The notes below the pieces were generated by a model that saw only the letters and a program-made list of their open reading frames with translations, searched no databases and had not been told where the DNA came from. A stretch of DNA of 34,693 bases from Candidatus Bathyarchaeia archaeon (GTDB lineage Archaea; Thermoproteota; Bathyarchaeia; TCS64): the NCBI GenBank assembly GCA_050014495.1, contig JBEKDF010000028.1, positions 1 through 34,693 on the forward strand. Direction: 5' to 3'. A program made the position numbers and the translations under genes. Positions 8,721 through 18,371 of the stretch are shown in pieces. Within the stretch, counting starts at the first letter, position 1; each line of letters opens with the position of its first letter.

Positions 8721-9742
8721 CACTCAGCCTCATCAGCGTCGGCCTCGCCAACGAACAAGACATGAGCCTACGTGCCCTCGAAGAAGCCAGAGGCTGCAAC
8801 GTCCTCTACGCCGAGCTCTACACGATGAAGCTAGCCACAACACTAGCTACCCTAACCGACCTGGTAGGAAAGCCCGTTGCCCTTTTATTACGTAGAGACC
8901 TCGAAGAGAATAGCACGAAGATAATAGGTGAGGCAAAAAGTGGTAGAATCGGTATTTTAATAGGAGGTGATTGCCTCAGCGCAACCACTCACATTAGCCT
9001 ACTCCTCGAGGCCAAGGCGAACGGCGTTGAAACCCACATCATCCATGGCTCCAGCATATTCAGCGCTATCGCTGAGACAGGGCTAAGCCTCTATAAATTC
9101 GGGAGGACAGTCACAATGCCCTTCCCCGAGAAGGGTCCAGCTGATACAGTTCTCAATGGGATAGAGCGAAATCTATCCGAGGGACTTCATACCCTCGTCC
9201 TGCTAGACCTCGACAACGAGCAGAACAAGTACATGTCCGCACCCCAAGCGATAATGGGTCTAATCGAAGTGGGGATCAGCCCCGAAACCCTAGTAGTCGG
9301 GGTTGCCCGGCTGGGACAACCCAACTCAATTATTAAGGCGGGTCGCGCTACCGATGTGGCCTTGCTCGACTTCGGGGAGGCACCTCACAGCCTCGTAGTT
9401 CCCGGACCTCTTCACTTCCTTGAGGAGGACTCACTCAAGACTTTGGCAAATTGTCCACGCGAGCTACTCAAGAACCGCGACATGAAGCCGGAACTCGACC
9501 GCCTCATAGACAAATACATCGATGGATGTCGACGTGTGAGAGAAACGATGAAAACAACTGATCCCACCTCTCCCCCGAATTCAGCACAGATACGAGGCAT
9601 ACTCGACCATGTAGATCGTTACCTCGCAGACGCTGAGTACTACCGCACAGATCAGAGGCCCACAGCCCTTACAAGCGTAGCCTACGCCGAGGGCATCCTC
9701 GACGCACTAAAGCTTTTAGGGATAGCAGACTTCCAGTGGTGA
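8717..9742 (+). CDS. dph5: Diphthine synthase with C-terminal DUF357-like domain
   Basis: GL...ELYT, GDCLSATTH, LYKFGRTVT, GLHTLVLLD, PHSLVVPG-x-LH-x-x-E; tail YLADAEYY...ALTSVAYAEGILDAL. Confidence 0.92.
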   Translation: MTLSLISVGLANEQDMSLRALEEARGCNVLYAELYTMKLATTLATLTDLVGKPVALLLRRDLEENSTKIIGEAKSGRIGILIGGDCLSATTHISLLLEAKANGVETHIIHGSSIFSAIAETGLSLYKFGRTVTMPFPEKGPADTVLNGIERNLSEGLHTLVLLDLDNEQNKYMSAPQAIMGLIEVGISPETLVVGVARLGQPNSIIKAGRATDVALLDFGEAPHSLVVPGPLHFLEEDSLKTLANCPRELLKNRDMKPELDRLIDKYIDGCRRVRETMKTTDPTSPPNSAQIRGILDHVDRYLADAEYYRTDQRPTALTSVAYAEGILDALKLLGIADFQW

Positions 9743-10191
9743 ACGAGATGAAGGTCCTCGCCTCAGGTGTTTTCGACCTCCTACACTACGGCCACATACG
9801 TTTCCTCGAGGAGGCTAAGAAACTCGGCGGACCCAACGCGAAGCTCATCGTAATAGTTGCCAGCGACGAGACAGTAATACGCGGGAAGGGTAAACCCCCG
9901 ATAATCCCTGAGGACCAACGCCGCGCGGTCGTGGAGTCACTAAAGGTGGTAGACGAGGCGATACTCGGATACAAGGACCAGGACCTTAACAAGGTCATGA
10001 AGACAATAAAACCCGATATAGTCGCCGTGGGGCACGACCAACACGACATCGAAAAGGAAGTCAACCGACTCATAGTCGAGAAGGGTTACAGGACGCGCGT
10101 GGAGCGCGTGGGACGATTCGGCCCAGAGGATCTCAACAGCAGCAGCAAGATCAAGAGGAAGATCGCCGAGGGCTCAGGAAGGAGACCTTGA
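9739..10191 (+). CDS. ribL: FAD synthase (cytidylyltransferase superfamily)
   Basis: ASGVFDLLHYGH, LIVIVASD, KPDIVAVGHDQ, SSSKIK; adjacent to ribK. Confidence 0.85.
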   Translation: MNEMKVLASGVFDLLHYGHIRFLEEAKKLGGPNAKLIVIVASDETVIRGKGKPPIIPEDQRRAVVESLKVVDEAILGYKDQDLNKVMKTIKPDIVAVGHDQHDIEKEVNRLIVEKGYRTRVERVGRFGPEDLNSSSKIKRKIAEGSGRRP

Positions 10192-10849
10192 TTGGGTCCC
10201 CGTCACTCAACCCTAAATGCCTCCGAAGATAAACAGGACTCACGATCTCCATCGTGGACAAGTCGTGTATTGTCCTATCAGCAACAATCAACGCCCCCTT
10301 AATCTCATCATTAAGCAGGAGTGGGTAACACTTGCAGGAGCCGAAGCTCCTCTCCCCATCCTTAAAACCCTCCAGAGTGACCGAAGGATGCCTCTCCAAC
10401 CTCCTCCTCCTCTCGAAGTCCTCAGGTTTGATCTTAATATTCAGGGTCCCGGGGAATGGGTCGAAACCCATCATCTCCTTAATTTGGCTCCTATATCCCT
10501 CCCTGCTGATGTAATAGGCGCCCTCGTAGAGCCCAGAGACAACAGTCCCCTCGAATACGAACACCTCAGCCCCGACACCCTCCAAATGTGCCTTAAGCTC
10601 CTGTAGAACCTCGTCAAGCACTGACAGACCCCTCTCGGTAATAGTTATCAGGCTTCCGTCTGAATCGATTCTCCTTGTGATAAGCCCGGTCTCCTCCAGA
10701 ATCTGGAGGTGCCTCGAAGCAGACTGCTGTGAGGCACCTAAAGCCCTGCTGAGCTCCGTCGTTGACACTTTTACCGGCGCTTTTCCGCCACCTAGTGTCA
10801 GCAGGCTGTACATTGTGAACCAGAGATGTGGCTTAATCTCCTTCTCCAA
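10151..10849 (-). CDS. ribK: CTP-dependent riboflavin kinase with N-terminal HTH
   Basis: SQQSASRHL HTH, GTVVSGLYEGAYY, PFPGTLNI, EIVSPVYLR. Confidence 0.92.
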   Translation of the reverse strand: MEKEIKPHLWFTMYSLLTLGGGKAPVKVSTTELSRALGASQQSASRHLQILEETGLITRRIDSDGSLITITERGLSVLDEVLQELKAHLEGVGAEVFVFEGTVVSGLYEGAYYISREGYRSQIKEMMGFDPFPGTLNIKIKPEDFERRRRLERHPSVTLEGFKDGERSFGSCKCYPLLLNDEIKGALIVADRTIHDLSTMEIVSPVYLRRHLGLSDGDPIKVSFLSPRRSSS

Positions 10850-10993
10850 GGGGAATCACCGAAAGGGGTAGCTGGTCCCTATATATACCTATTTCTTGGT
10901 AGCTACGCAAAGACTTTGACTAAAACTTTTTGTGATCACCCCTAATAACACTATAATAATTAGAAATTGAGAAATGGATGGGAATAAATCGAT

Positions 10994-12442
10994 TTATCCC
11001 TTCGCGACTGCTACCGGGATCGACATCATAACCTTTCGTCCAATCCCTAAACGGTGGCTGACGTCAGCCACCTTGTGAATATCTTTGTAGCTATCAGGGC
11101 TCTCCTCCTCGACGACTTTACCGGAGGCTGCCCGAATAACTATCCCTTTCTTCTTTAGGTCATTCACGATCTCGTTGGCGGTCCAAGCCCTGCGAGCTCC
11201 AGCACGTGACAGGACCCTACCCGCTCCATGAGCGGTGGAGGCGAAGCTGATCTCCTCCCCCTTTTCAGTCCCCCTGAGGAGATAGCTTGCAGTACCCATG
11301 GTCCCAACGAGTAGGACAGGTTGCCCCACTGACTTGTAGTCTGCAGGGAGGTCCTCACGTCCTGGGCCGAAGGCACGACTCGCCCCTTTCCGATGTACAA
11401 CGGTCTTCCTTCTCTTCCCATCGACGATATGTTCCTCCCTCTTCGCAGTATTATGGGTCATACTGTAGACGAGTTCCATACCCATCTCTGATGCCTTCTT
11501 ATGGAATGTCTGCTCGAACGCTGTCCGTACCTGATGGAGTATGATGTGACGGTTGATGAATGCCCAGTTAACGGCGCAGGCCATCGCTGCGTAATAGTCC
11601 TCCGATTCCCTACTCTTAATGGGGGCGCAGGCGAGTTCTCTATCCGGTAACCTGATTTTATACTTGCTTGCCGCCTGCTCCATGACCCGGATGTAATCGG
11701 TAGCGATCTGATGCCCGTAACCCCTGCTACCAGTGTGTATCCAGCACACGATCTGGTCGGGATCAGTGATACCATAGACCTTAGCTGCTTCCCTATCGAA
11801 AACCTCGCTAACCTTCGCCACCTCGAGGAAGTGATTCCCCGCACCGAGTGTTCCCAGCTGAGTGGCTCCTCGACTCTTGGCCCTCCCTGAAACCATATCC
11901 GGGTTCGCCTCCTTCATACATCCATTCTCCTCCATATGGAGATGGTCGCCATCCCAGCCGTAGCCCTTCTCGATGGCCCACTCGACTCCCCCTGTCACAG
12001 CCTTGTCGAGCTCCAGGTTGCTTAAGCGGATCTTGCTTCCGACGCCAACGCCGCATGGGACTAGGCTGAATACCCTGTCGATTAATTCATCGACCTTTGG
12101 GCGTATCTCCGCGTATGTGAGGTCGCTTCTCATTAGGAGGACACCGCAGTTGATGTCGTAGCCGACTCCACCCGGGGTGATTATGCCCTCCTCCTCATCG
12201 AAGGCGGCGACTCCCCCGATGGGGAATCCGTAGCCCTGGTGTCCATCGGGTAATGTGATGCCATACTTCAAAATACCGGGAAGCTGCGTCACGTTCATGC
12301 TCTGAGTGAGTGTCATGTCATCCTGCATAGCGTGGAAAAGCTGCTCATCAGCGTAGATCCTCGCGGGGACCTTCATGTTCGGGTCCGCCGAGAGTGGGAT
12401 CTCCCAAACGAGATCCCCGATCTTGTTGGATGGTGGCTTCAT
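10994..12442 (-). CDS. rtcB: RNA-splicing/repair ligase RtcB
   Basis: PDGHQGYGFPIGG, DINCG, GNHF, HTGSRG, HN, HRKGA, HGAGR; no intein. Confidence 0.96.
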   Translation of the reverse strand: MKPPSNKIGDLVWEIPLSADPNMKVPARIYADEQLFHAMQDDMTLTQSMNVTQLPGILKYGITLPDGHQGYGFPIGGVAAFDEEEGIITPGGVGYDINCGVLLMRSDLTYAEIRPKVDELIDRVFSLVPCGVGVGSKIRLSNLELDKAVTGGVEWAIEKGYGWDGDHLHMEENGCMKEANPDMVSGRAKSRGATQLGTLGAGNHFLEVAKVSEVFDREAAKVYGITDPDQIVCWIHTGSRGYGHQIATDYIRVMEQAASKYKIRLPDRELACAPIKSRESEDYYAAMACAVNWAFINRHIILHQVRTAFEQTFHKKASEMGMELVYSMTHNTAKREEHIVDGKRRKTVVHRKGASRAFGPGREDLPADYKSVGQPVLLVGTMGTASYLLRGTEKGEEISFASTAHGAGRVLSRAGARRAWTANEIVNDLKKKGIVIRAASGKVVEEESPDSYKDIHKVADVSHRLGIGRKVMMSIPVAVAKG

Positions 12443-12511
12443 ATCTTATCAACCAAGACGACCGAAGAAGATTAATAAGTCTTTATTGGTATTCGCACCA
12501 ATGATAAGGAT

Positions 12512-12979
12512 ATGCGCTGGAGAGTTGTGAAACGGGTACCCTTCAATGAGGTCAGGGAACGTGTCATAAGACTCGAGCATAAATACGGAGACCGGTTCCA
12601 GCAACTCCACGAGGAGTTCGTCGCCGGTAGAATGCCGCGGGACAGATTCGACGACTACGTCGAGTGGAGCAGTATGATCCACTCACTCAGGGCTGCCGGG
12701 GAGGGCGAGGACTTCGACTATTATGCAGAGGAAGACCTAGCACTCACACCAGAAGAGTTCGAGAGCCTCACTCCAAAGAGACTTCAGCTGCTCAACTATT
12801 TAGCAGACGAACACGTCTCATCCATAAACGAGCTCGCCAACCACATCGGGCGCGACGTGAAGAATGTCTACGGCGATCTCCAAATCCTTGAGCATCTGGG
12901 ATTCCTCCGCCTTGTAAAGGAGGGGAGGAGCCTTGTACCAGAACTCCTGGTTCAGGAGGTAACTATCCTACTCGGCTGA
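12512..12979 (+). CDS. Predicted winged-helix transcriptional regulator with helical N-terminal domain
   Basis: LTPKRLQLL...SINELA...RDVKNVYGDL-x-x-L...GFL wHTH pattern. Confidence 0.75.
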   Translation: MRWRVVKRVPFNEVRERVIRLEHKYGDRFQQLHEEFVAGRMPRDRFDDYVEWSSMIHSLRAAGEGEDFDYYAEEDLALTPEEFESLTPKRLQLLNYLADEHVSSINELANHIGRDVKNVYGDLQILEHLGFLRLVKEGRSLVPELLVQEVTILLG

Positions 12980-13023
12980 GCCGAGATTATATATCGGACG
13001 ATGTCGCCTCTAACGTGATTTAG

Positions 13024-14655
13024 ATGTCCACGAAGACGTGTACAGCGGACCTCATCCTCATCAACGGTAAAATAGTGACCGTCGATGAGGCGTTCAGTAC
13101 CAAGGAGGCAATCGCCGTCAAGGATGGCAAGGTCATGGCGACGGGTCCAAAGAAGGAGATCAAGAAGCTCATGGGTGACTCCACTGAAGTTATCGATCTC
13201 GAAGGGAAGACCGTACTCCCAGGTCTCTACGATAGCCATCTCCACATGCTCGGCACAGGTGCATCGTTGCAGGTCATTAACTGTAGAACGCCCCCAATGA
13301 AGAGTATCACCGACATTGCTAAGGCCGTAGGTGAGAATGCTAAGAAGGCTAAATCAGGTGAGTGGATCGTTGGCAGAGGGTGGGACCAGGTCAAGCTTAC
13401 GGAGCATAGGAACCCAACACGTTATGATTTTGATAATGTAACCCCCAAAAATCCCGTCTACTTGACGCGTACCTGCGGTCACCTAGCCGTAGTCAATAGT
13501 AAGGCCCTCGAGCTAGCAGGGATAACTAAGAAAACTAAGGACCCGGTTGGTGGCAGGATCGTGAGAGACGAGAAGGGAGAGGCTACAGGTATGCTCGAGG
13601 AGATGCCCGCAATGAGTCTCTGCACCAACCTCATCCCAGCAGCAACAATCGAGGATAAGGTCCAGCAGATTAAGGCAGCGAGCGACGCTTTCAACACCGT
13701 CGGGTTAACGAGTGTTATCGAGGCCGGCATAACCGAGGACGAGATAGTTGCCTACCAACTCGCTCTGGAGAGAGGATTGCTAAATGTCCGAGTGAACTAT
13801 ATGCTACGAGCCATCGATGGGAATGAGCCAGAGGAGAAAAGCATACAGCGCATAGAGCATTTCCCCATGATAACCGGCTATGGCAACGATATGCTAAGGT
13901 TCCAGGGACTCAAGATTCTCATAGATGGAGGAATCGGGGGAAAGACCGCCCTTCTAAGAGAACCATACGAGAATGACACCCGCACAGGTCTACTTACTGT
14001 ACCCGAGGCGAAGCTCCAAAACCTAGTTGATGCTGCCAACAGGCGTGGAATGTTGTCTGGCATCCACTGCTGCGGAGGAAAGGCGATGGATATAGTCATA
14101 GATACATTCAAGAACACCGACAAAGTCAAACCAATAAAGGGGCGCCGATTCTACCTCATTCACGCCTACCAGCCGAGCGAGCAGAACTTTAAGGATTGCA
14201 TAGAATATGGCATTTCCGTCGCCAGCCAGCCCGACTTCCTCTACTACCTTGGCGATAGCTACGTCGAGAACGTGGGAATGAAGAGAGGTGCATGGCTCAA
14301 GCCACACAGGGCCTGGATTGATAAGGGAATAATGGTGGCGGCAGGTACCGATTCTCCAGTGACACCTTACCCGCCCTTCCCATGCCTCTGGGCAGCTGTC
14401 GCGAGGAAGACAGAGCTCAAGAAGACGGTGATGGGTTCAGACCAGCGTGTCTCCCGCGAAGAGGCCCTAAGAATGTATACCGTTAACGGCGCTTACCTGA
14501 GCTTCGAGGAGAACCTAAAAGGAAGCCTCGAGCCAGGGATGCTCGCCGACATGATAGTAATCGATCGCGACATCCTGACCTGCCCCGAGGACGACATTAA
14601 GGATACAAAGGTCCTGCGTACCATCCTCGGCGGAAAAACCGTCTACGAGGCATAG
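13024..14655 (+). CDS. Amidohydrolase (YtcJ/Amidohydro_3 family)
   Basis: PGLYDSHLH, GRGWDQ, GHLAVVNS, KILIDGG, GTDSP, KGSLEPGMLAD. Confidence 0.9.
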   Translation: MSTKTCTADLILINGKIVTVDEAFSTKEAIAVKDGKVMATGPKKEIKKLMGDSTEVIDLEGKTVLPGLYDSHLHMLGTGASLQVINCRTPPMKSITDIAKAVGENAKKAKSGEWIVGRGWDQVKLTEHRNPTRYDFDNVTPKNPVYLTRTCGHLAVVNSKALELAGITKKTKDPVGGRIVRDEKGEATGMLEEMPAMSLCTNLIPAATIEDKVQQIKAASDAFNTVGLTSVIEAGITEDEIVAYQLALERGLLNVRVNYMLRAIDGNEPEEKSIQRIEHFPMITGYGNDMLRFQGLKILIDGGIGGKTALLREPYENDTRTGLLTVPEAKLQNLVDAANRRGMLSGIHCCGGKAMDIVIDTFKNTDKVKPIKGRRFYLIHAYQPSEQNFKDCIEYGISVASQPDFLYYLGDSYVENVGMKRGAWLKPHRAWIDKGIMVAAGTDSPVTPYPPFPCLWAAVARKTELKKTVMGSDQRVSREEALRMYTVNGAYLSFEENLKGSLEPGMLADMIVIDRDILTCPEDDIKDTKVLRTILGGKTVYEA

Positions 14656-14701
14656 AAGGCCCACCCCTTTTAAGCCCGAGCTCAGAGTTTTCATCGATCT
14701 C

Positions 14702-16390
14702 ATGGTCAAACGCAGGTACCTGACTCTTCTAGTTCTCCTCCTAGTATTCTTTGGCTCGGTCTATGTTGCTTCGCTCATCAACGATGACTTTGGTGGGCTC
14801 TCCGTCACCGAGGTAACCATACCCGCCCAGGGTTACACTATCCGCGGGACACTGTACTCTCCAAAGGATGTTTCCGGGAAGATTCCGGCATTCGCACTTG
14901 CCCACGGGGTAAGCAATACGAAGGAGGTTCTCAGCGGAATTGCACTTGAGCTAGCACGGAACGGGTTCGTTGCCCTGACTATCGATGAGAAGGGACACGG
15001 GGAATCCGACGCCGGGTTCGGTGTGAATGATACGACTCTCGGGCTCAGTTCCGCGGTGGCTTATCTCTCGACTCTGCCATATGTGAACGCCAACCTCATA
15101 GGTGTATGTGGGCACAGCATGGGAGCCGGCGCTGTAAGAGCAACGATATCAGCCAACCCAGAAATAGCCGCGACGGTCCTCATCGGCGGTGGGCAGGGTG
15201 ACTCGGGATACACCCCAATGGACACGGAATATCCAAGAAATCTTCTCTTCATAGTCGGCAGAAACGACGTCCTTTTCGATCTCACCAGCCTCGATGCGTA
15301 TCTGAGGCCTGTTTTTGGCACCTCGGACCAGATTATTCCTGGGAATGTGTATGGCGAGTTCGGTGACGGCACAGCTCGAGAACTGATCGTGCTCGAGGCC
15401 ATACATCTCGTGGAGCCAATCGACCATGCAGCCATCGAGGGGATCGTGTCATGGGCTAACTCGGTTCTTCGCCCAGAGGTATCCTACCCAATCACGGTGA
15501 AGCCCCAGACTTACCTAATCCGCGAGGGGTTGATGACCATCTCACTCCTCGCGTTTGTCGCCTCAATAATTCCCCTCTCCCAGATCCTCAACGGACTTCT
15601 GCCCGGTGGCATTGGTAAGCTGGTGAGTGTCCGGAACAGATTTCTTAGGGAGAGGCGTGTTCTCATCTTCTGGAGCCTTCTAGGGCTAATTCTGTATCTC
15701 CCAGCCATGTATCTGGGCACAATTATTCAATTTCCCCCACTCCTCTTCGGAGCTTCGATGGCCTGGTGGCTCATGACTACAGGCATCATAGGGTTATTGA
15801 TCCTGCTGATTCTAGCGTGGCGGAGGCCGAAGGGGAGCGTCAGCGTGTTTGGCTACCTCCGTGAATCCCTTCAAATCAGGGATATTACTCTGAGTATAAT
15901 CATTGTGTCGCTGCTCTATTTGTTGGCCTGGGCCTCAGCTGACTTACTAGGCGAGAAGATCAGGTTCATCGTACCGATCTTCCCTCCACTGATACTTACT
16001 CGGGCTCAAGTATTACCCCTCTTCATTCCATTTTACCTCGTTTACTTCATATCCGAGGGGCTCTACCTCCATGTCTATAGGCAGAGGCAATCCGCGGGCT
16101 CCTCTATAGGTAACATGTTGAGGACACTGCTGCTTAGGCTGGCACCTTACTTGGCTCTACTCACAATCCAGTACCTGCCGATGTTCGTCGCAAACTATAA
16201 GCTTGTACCAGGTTTTCTAGGCTTCTTCATAGAGTTCATCTGGGCCATCGTTCCACTTCTAGCGATCTCGACTTTTTCATCCTGGTGGCTATACAGGTAT
16301 ACCGGAAGAATATGGGCCGGCATTGTACTGAACACCCTTCTATTCGCATGGGCCTCGGCGGGTCTCTTCCCATTCACCGCCTTCAGGTAA
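14702..16390 (+). CDS. Membrane-bound alpha/beta hydrolase
   Basis: N-terminal TM, HG, GHGES, GHSMG nucleophile elbow, followed by several hydrophobic TM segments. Confidence 0.85.
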   Translation: MVKRRYLTLLVLLLVFFGSVYVASLINDDFGGLSVTEVTIPAQGYTIRGTLYSPKDVSGKIPAFALAHGVSNTKEVLSGIALELARNGFVALTIDEKGHGESDAGFGVNDTTLGLSSAVAYLSTLPYVNANLIGVCGHSMGAGAVRATISANPEIAATVLIGGGQGDSGYTPMDTEYPRNLLFIVGRNDVLFDLTSLDAYLRPVFGTSDQIIPGNVYGEFGDGTARELIVLEAIHLVEPIDHAAIEGIVSWANSVLRPEVSYPITVKPQTYLIREGLMTISLLAFVASIIPLSQILNGLLPGGIGKLVSVRNRFLRERRVLIFWSLLGLILYLPAMYLGTIIQFPPLLFGASMAWWLMTTGIIGLLILLILAWRRPKGSVSVFGYLRESLQIRDITLSIIIVSLLYLLAWASADLLGEKIRFIVPIFPPLILTRAQVLPLFIPFYLVYFISEGLYLHVYRQRQSAGSSIGNMLRTLLLRLAPYLALLTIQYLPMFVANYKLVPGFLGFFIEFIWAIVPLLAISTFSSWWLYRYTGRIWAGIVLNTLLFAWASAGLFPFTAFR

Positions 16391-16395
16391 CAAGA

Positions 16396-16854
16396 TCAGC
16401 GGTGGTCGTGAGGCCCATCGTTGCTCTTTATCGGTGTTATCACTAGGTTCCCGTTCTTAACCGAGTAGGTCCTCACACCACTGAACTCTATGTTATTGTT
16501 CTCGAGGAGCTTGATGGTCTTCTCCTCCACGCCTTCGGGGACATATAGGAAAAACTTCTTCACGAATCTTCCCTTACCCGCCGAGTCGCTGAAGAGCCTC
16601 CACTTCGGCACATTGGCTACGTTAATACCCTTCTCTGGCTCTACCTCGCCTATCTCCTGTAAGCGACCATCAGCGAGAGTTATCACTATGCTCGGGTAGA
16701 CAATCTCAGTCCCGGTTTCTATTCCCTTTCGCTTTACCTCGTCGTTCACTATCGTGATGTATCCTTCACCCCAATCCTCCTGATCAACGAAGGGAAAACG
16801 GGTGGCAGCTATGATCCTGATTATTCTGTTCCTCAGAGTTTCTTCTTCAACCAT
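16396..16854 (-). CDS. Hypothetical protein, possible restriction-endonuclease-like fold
   Basis: Clean 152-aa ORF with a GGTGA RBS, 10 nt after the HD gene; YPSIVI...IGEVE. Confidence 0.7.
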   Translation of the reverse strand: MVEEETLRNRIIRIIAATRFPFVDQEDWGEGYITIVNDEVKRKGIETGTEIVYPSIVITLADGRLQEIGEVEPEKGINVANVPKWRLFSDSAGKGRFVKKFFLYVPEGVEEKTIKLLENNNIEFSGVRTYSVKNGNLVITPIKSNDGPHDHR

Positions 16855-16864
16855 CGTATATCAC

Positions 16865-17422
16865 CTAAAGTCCCAGCTCCCCAGCGACCTTCGACATCGA
16901 GTCGAGCCCGATGCGGAAGAACTCATCAAGTTCGATGCCGAGCTCGGTGCACTTGACTATGTTCTCCCTGTTAACACCCTTGGCGAAACTCTTGTCCTTC
17001 ATCCTCTTCCCAAGACTGGAGACTTTGATGGAGGCAATCTTCTTGTCTGGCATCATGAGCCCTTGTGCGATGATGAGCCCCGAGAGGCCATCAGCAGCAT
17101 ATAGACTCCAGTCCATCATGCTCTTAGGGAGATAACCTGTTTGGGGATTGTGAGCACTAATTGCGTAGAGCCCCACATCCGGGAGCAGGTCCTTAACAAT
17201 CTCAGCAGACACTGCCCCATGCTTTGTCCAGTCTTGGCCAACCTCCTCATAGTCAACATCGTGGAGAATACCAGTTGCCTCCCATAGGTCCTGGTCCCCA
17301 CCTAATTTCGCTGCGAGGCCCCTCATTATCGCACCCACAGCGATCATATGCTTGACGAGATTCTCATTCTTCACGTGCAGCTTCACGACCGCAATGGACT
17401 CATCGCGAGTAATCATTATCAT
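16865..17422 (-). CDS. HD (HDIG-type) metal-dependent phosphohydrolase
   Basis: KH...GILHDVDYE...HG...AHN...AAD, KSFAKGVNRE. Confidence 0.88.
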   Translation of the reverse strand: MIMITRDESIAVVKLHVKNENLVKHMIAVGAIMRGLAAKLGGDQDLWEATGILHDVDYEEVGQDWTKHGAVSAEIVKDLLPDVGLYAISAHNPQTGYLPKSMMDWSLYAADGLSGLIIAQGLMMPDKKIASIKVSSLGKRMKDKSFAKGVNRENIVKCTELGIELDEFFRIGLDSMSKVAGELGL

Positions 17423-17653
17423 ATTCGCGACTTCCAGCATGTTTAAGCCTTAAGCATCACCATCCAACTAAAGCATTATATAACAAGCATCCTTCCCCAA
17501 TTGTTCATATCTGTCAACACCCATTCCTCAACAGTCTATGAAACAAATATGAATAGTTAGATGTGTTACCCATTGCTGCCGGCAAACCCTTTTTAAGGTG
17601 GATTAGGTTAGATTGGGCGAACAAGAGAAGGAGAGACGAGGAGAACCAGCGCT

Positions 17654-18358
17654 TTGTTCATGCCCCGAGCCTATGACCGTGCCATTACGATCTTCTCACC
17701 AGAGGGAAGACTCTACCAGGTCGAATATGCCCTGGAGCTGGTGAAGAGAGGCGCGCCGATTGTCGGCGTCTCATCGCCTCAAGGGGTAGCCCTAGCGGCA
17801 AATGAGTCCCCTGAGAGCGTGCTGGAGGACGGAGACTACTTCCGTAAGATATTCCAGCTAGATGCACACGTTGGCATGGCTATTGCGGGGCTAAGCAGCG
17901 ACGCACGCGTACTAATCAATCAAGCACGCGTTTACGCGCAGAGTAACCGACTCCTGTATGACGAACCGGTTGACATAGAAATGCTGGCAAGGCGCCTAGG
18001 TGATATCACTCAGATTTACACGCAGCATGCAGGCGTCCGGCCCTTCGGTGTGAGTACCATATTAGCAGGTGTAGACTCCGAGGGCAGTCGAGTAATGACA
18101 ACGGACCCGAGCGGCAGCTACAGGGGCTACAAAGCCACGGCGGTTGGGAGAAAAAGTGAAGAAGCCAACAAGCTCCTGGAGGAAAAGTACAACGATGACA
18201 TATCGCTGGGAGGCGCAATCAGCCTCGCTGTAGAGGCGGTCAAGATCGCGTCCGATGGAAACGTAAACCCAGAGAACGTTAAGGTAGCCGTTATCCCAGT
18301 AGAAACGAAGGTTTTTCGAAGGCTCCCCGACTCCGAAGTGCAGAAGCACATAAGGTAG
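17654..18358 (+). CDS. psmA: Proteasome subunit alpha
   Basis: YDRAITIFSPEGRLYQVEYA, RPFGVS, DPSGSY. Confidence 0.97.
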   Translation: MFMPRAYDRAITIFSPEGRLYQVEYALELVKRGAPIVGVSSPQGVALAANESPESVLEDGDYFRKIFQLDAHVGMAIAGLSSDARVLINQARVYAQSNRLLYDEPVDIEMLARRLGDITQIYTQHAGVRPFGVSTILAGVDSEGSRVMTTDPSGSYRGYKATAVGRKSEEANKLLEEKYNDDISLGGAISLAVEAVKIASDGNVNPENVKVAVIPVETKVFRRLPDSEVQKHIR

Positions 18359-18371
18359 AAGGGCCAGAGGA

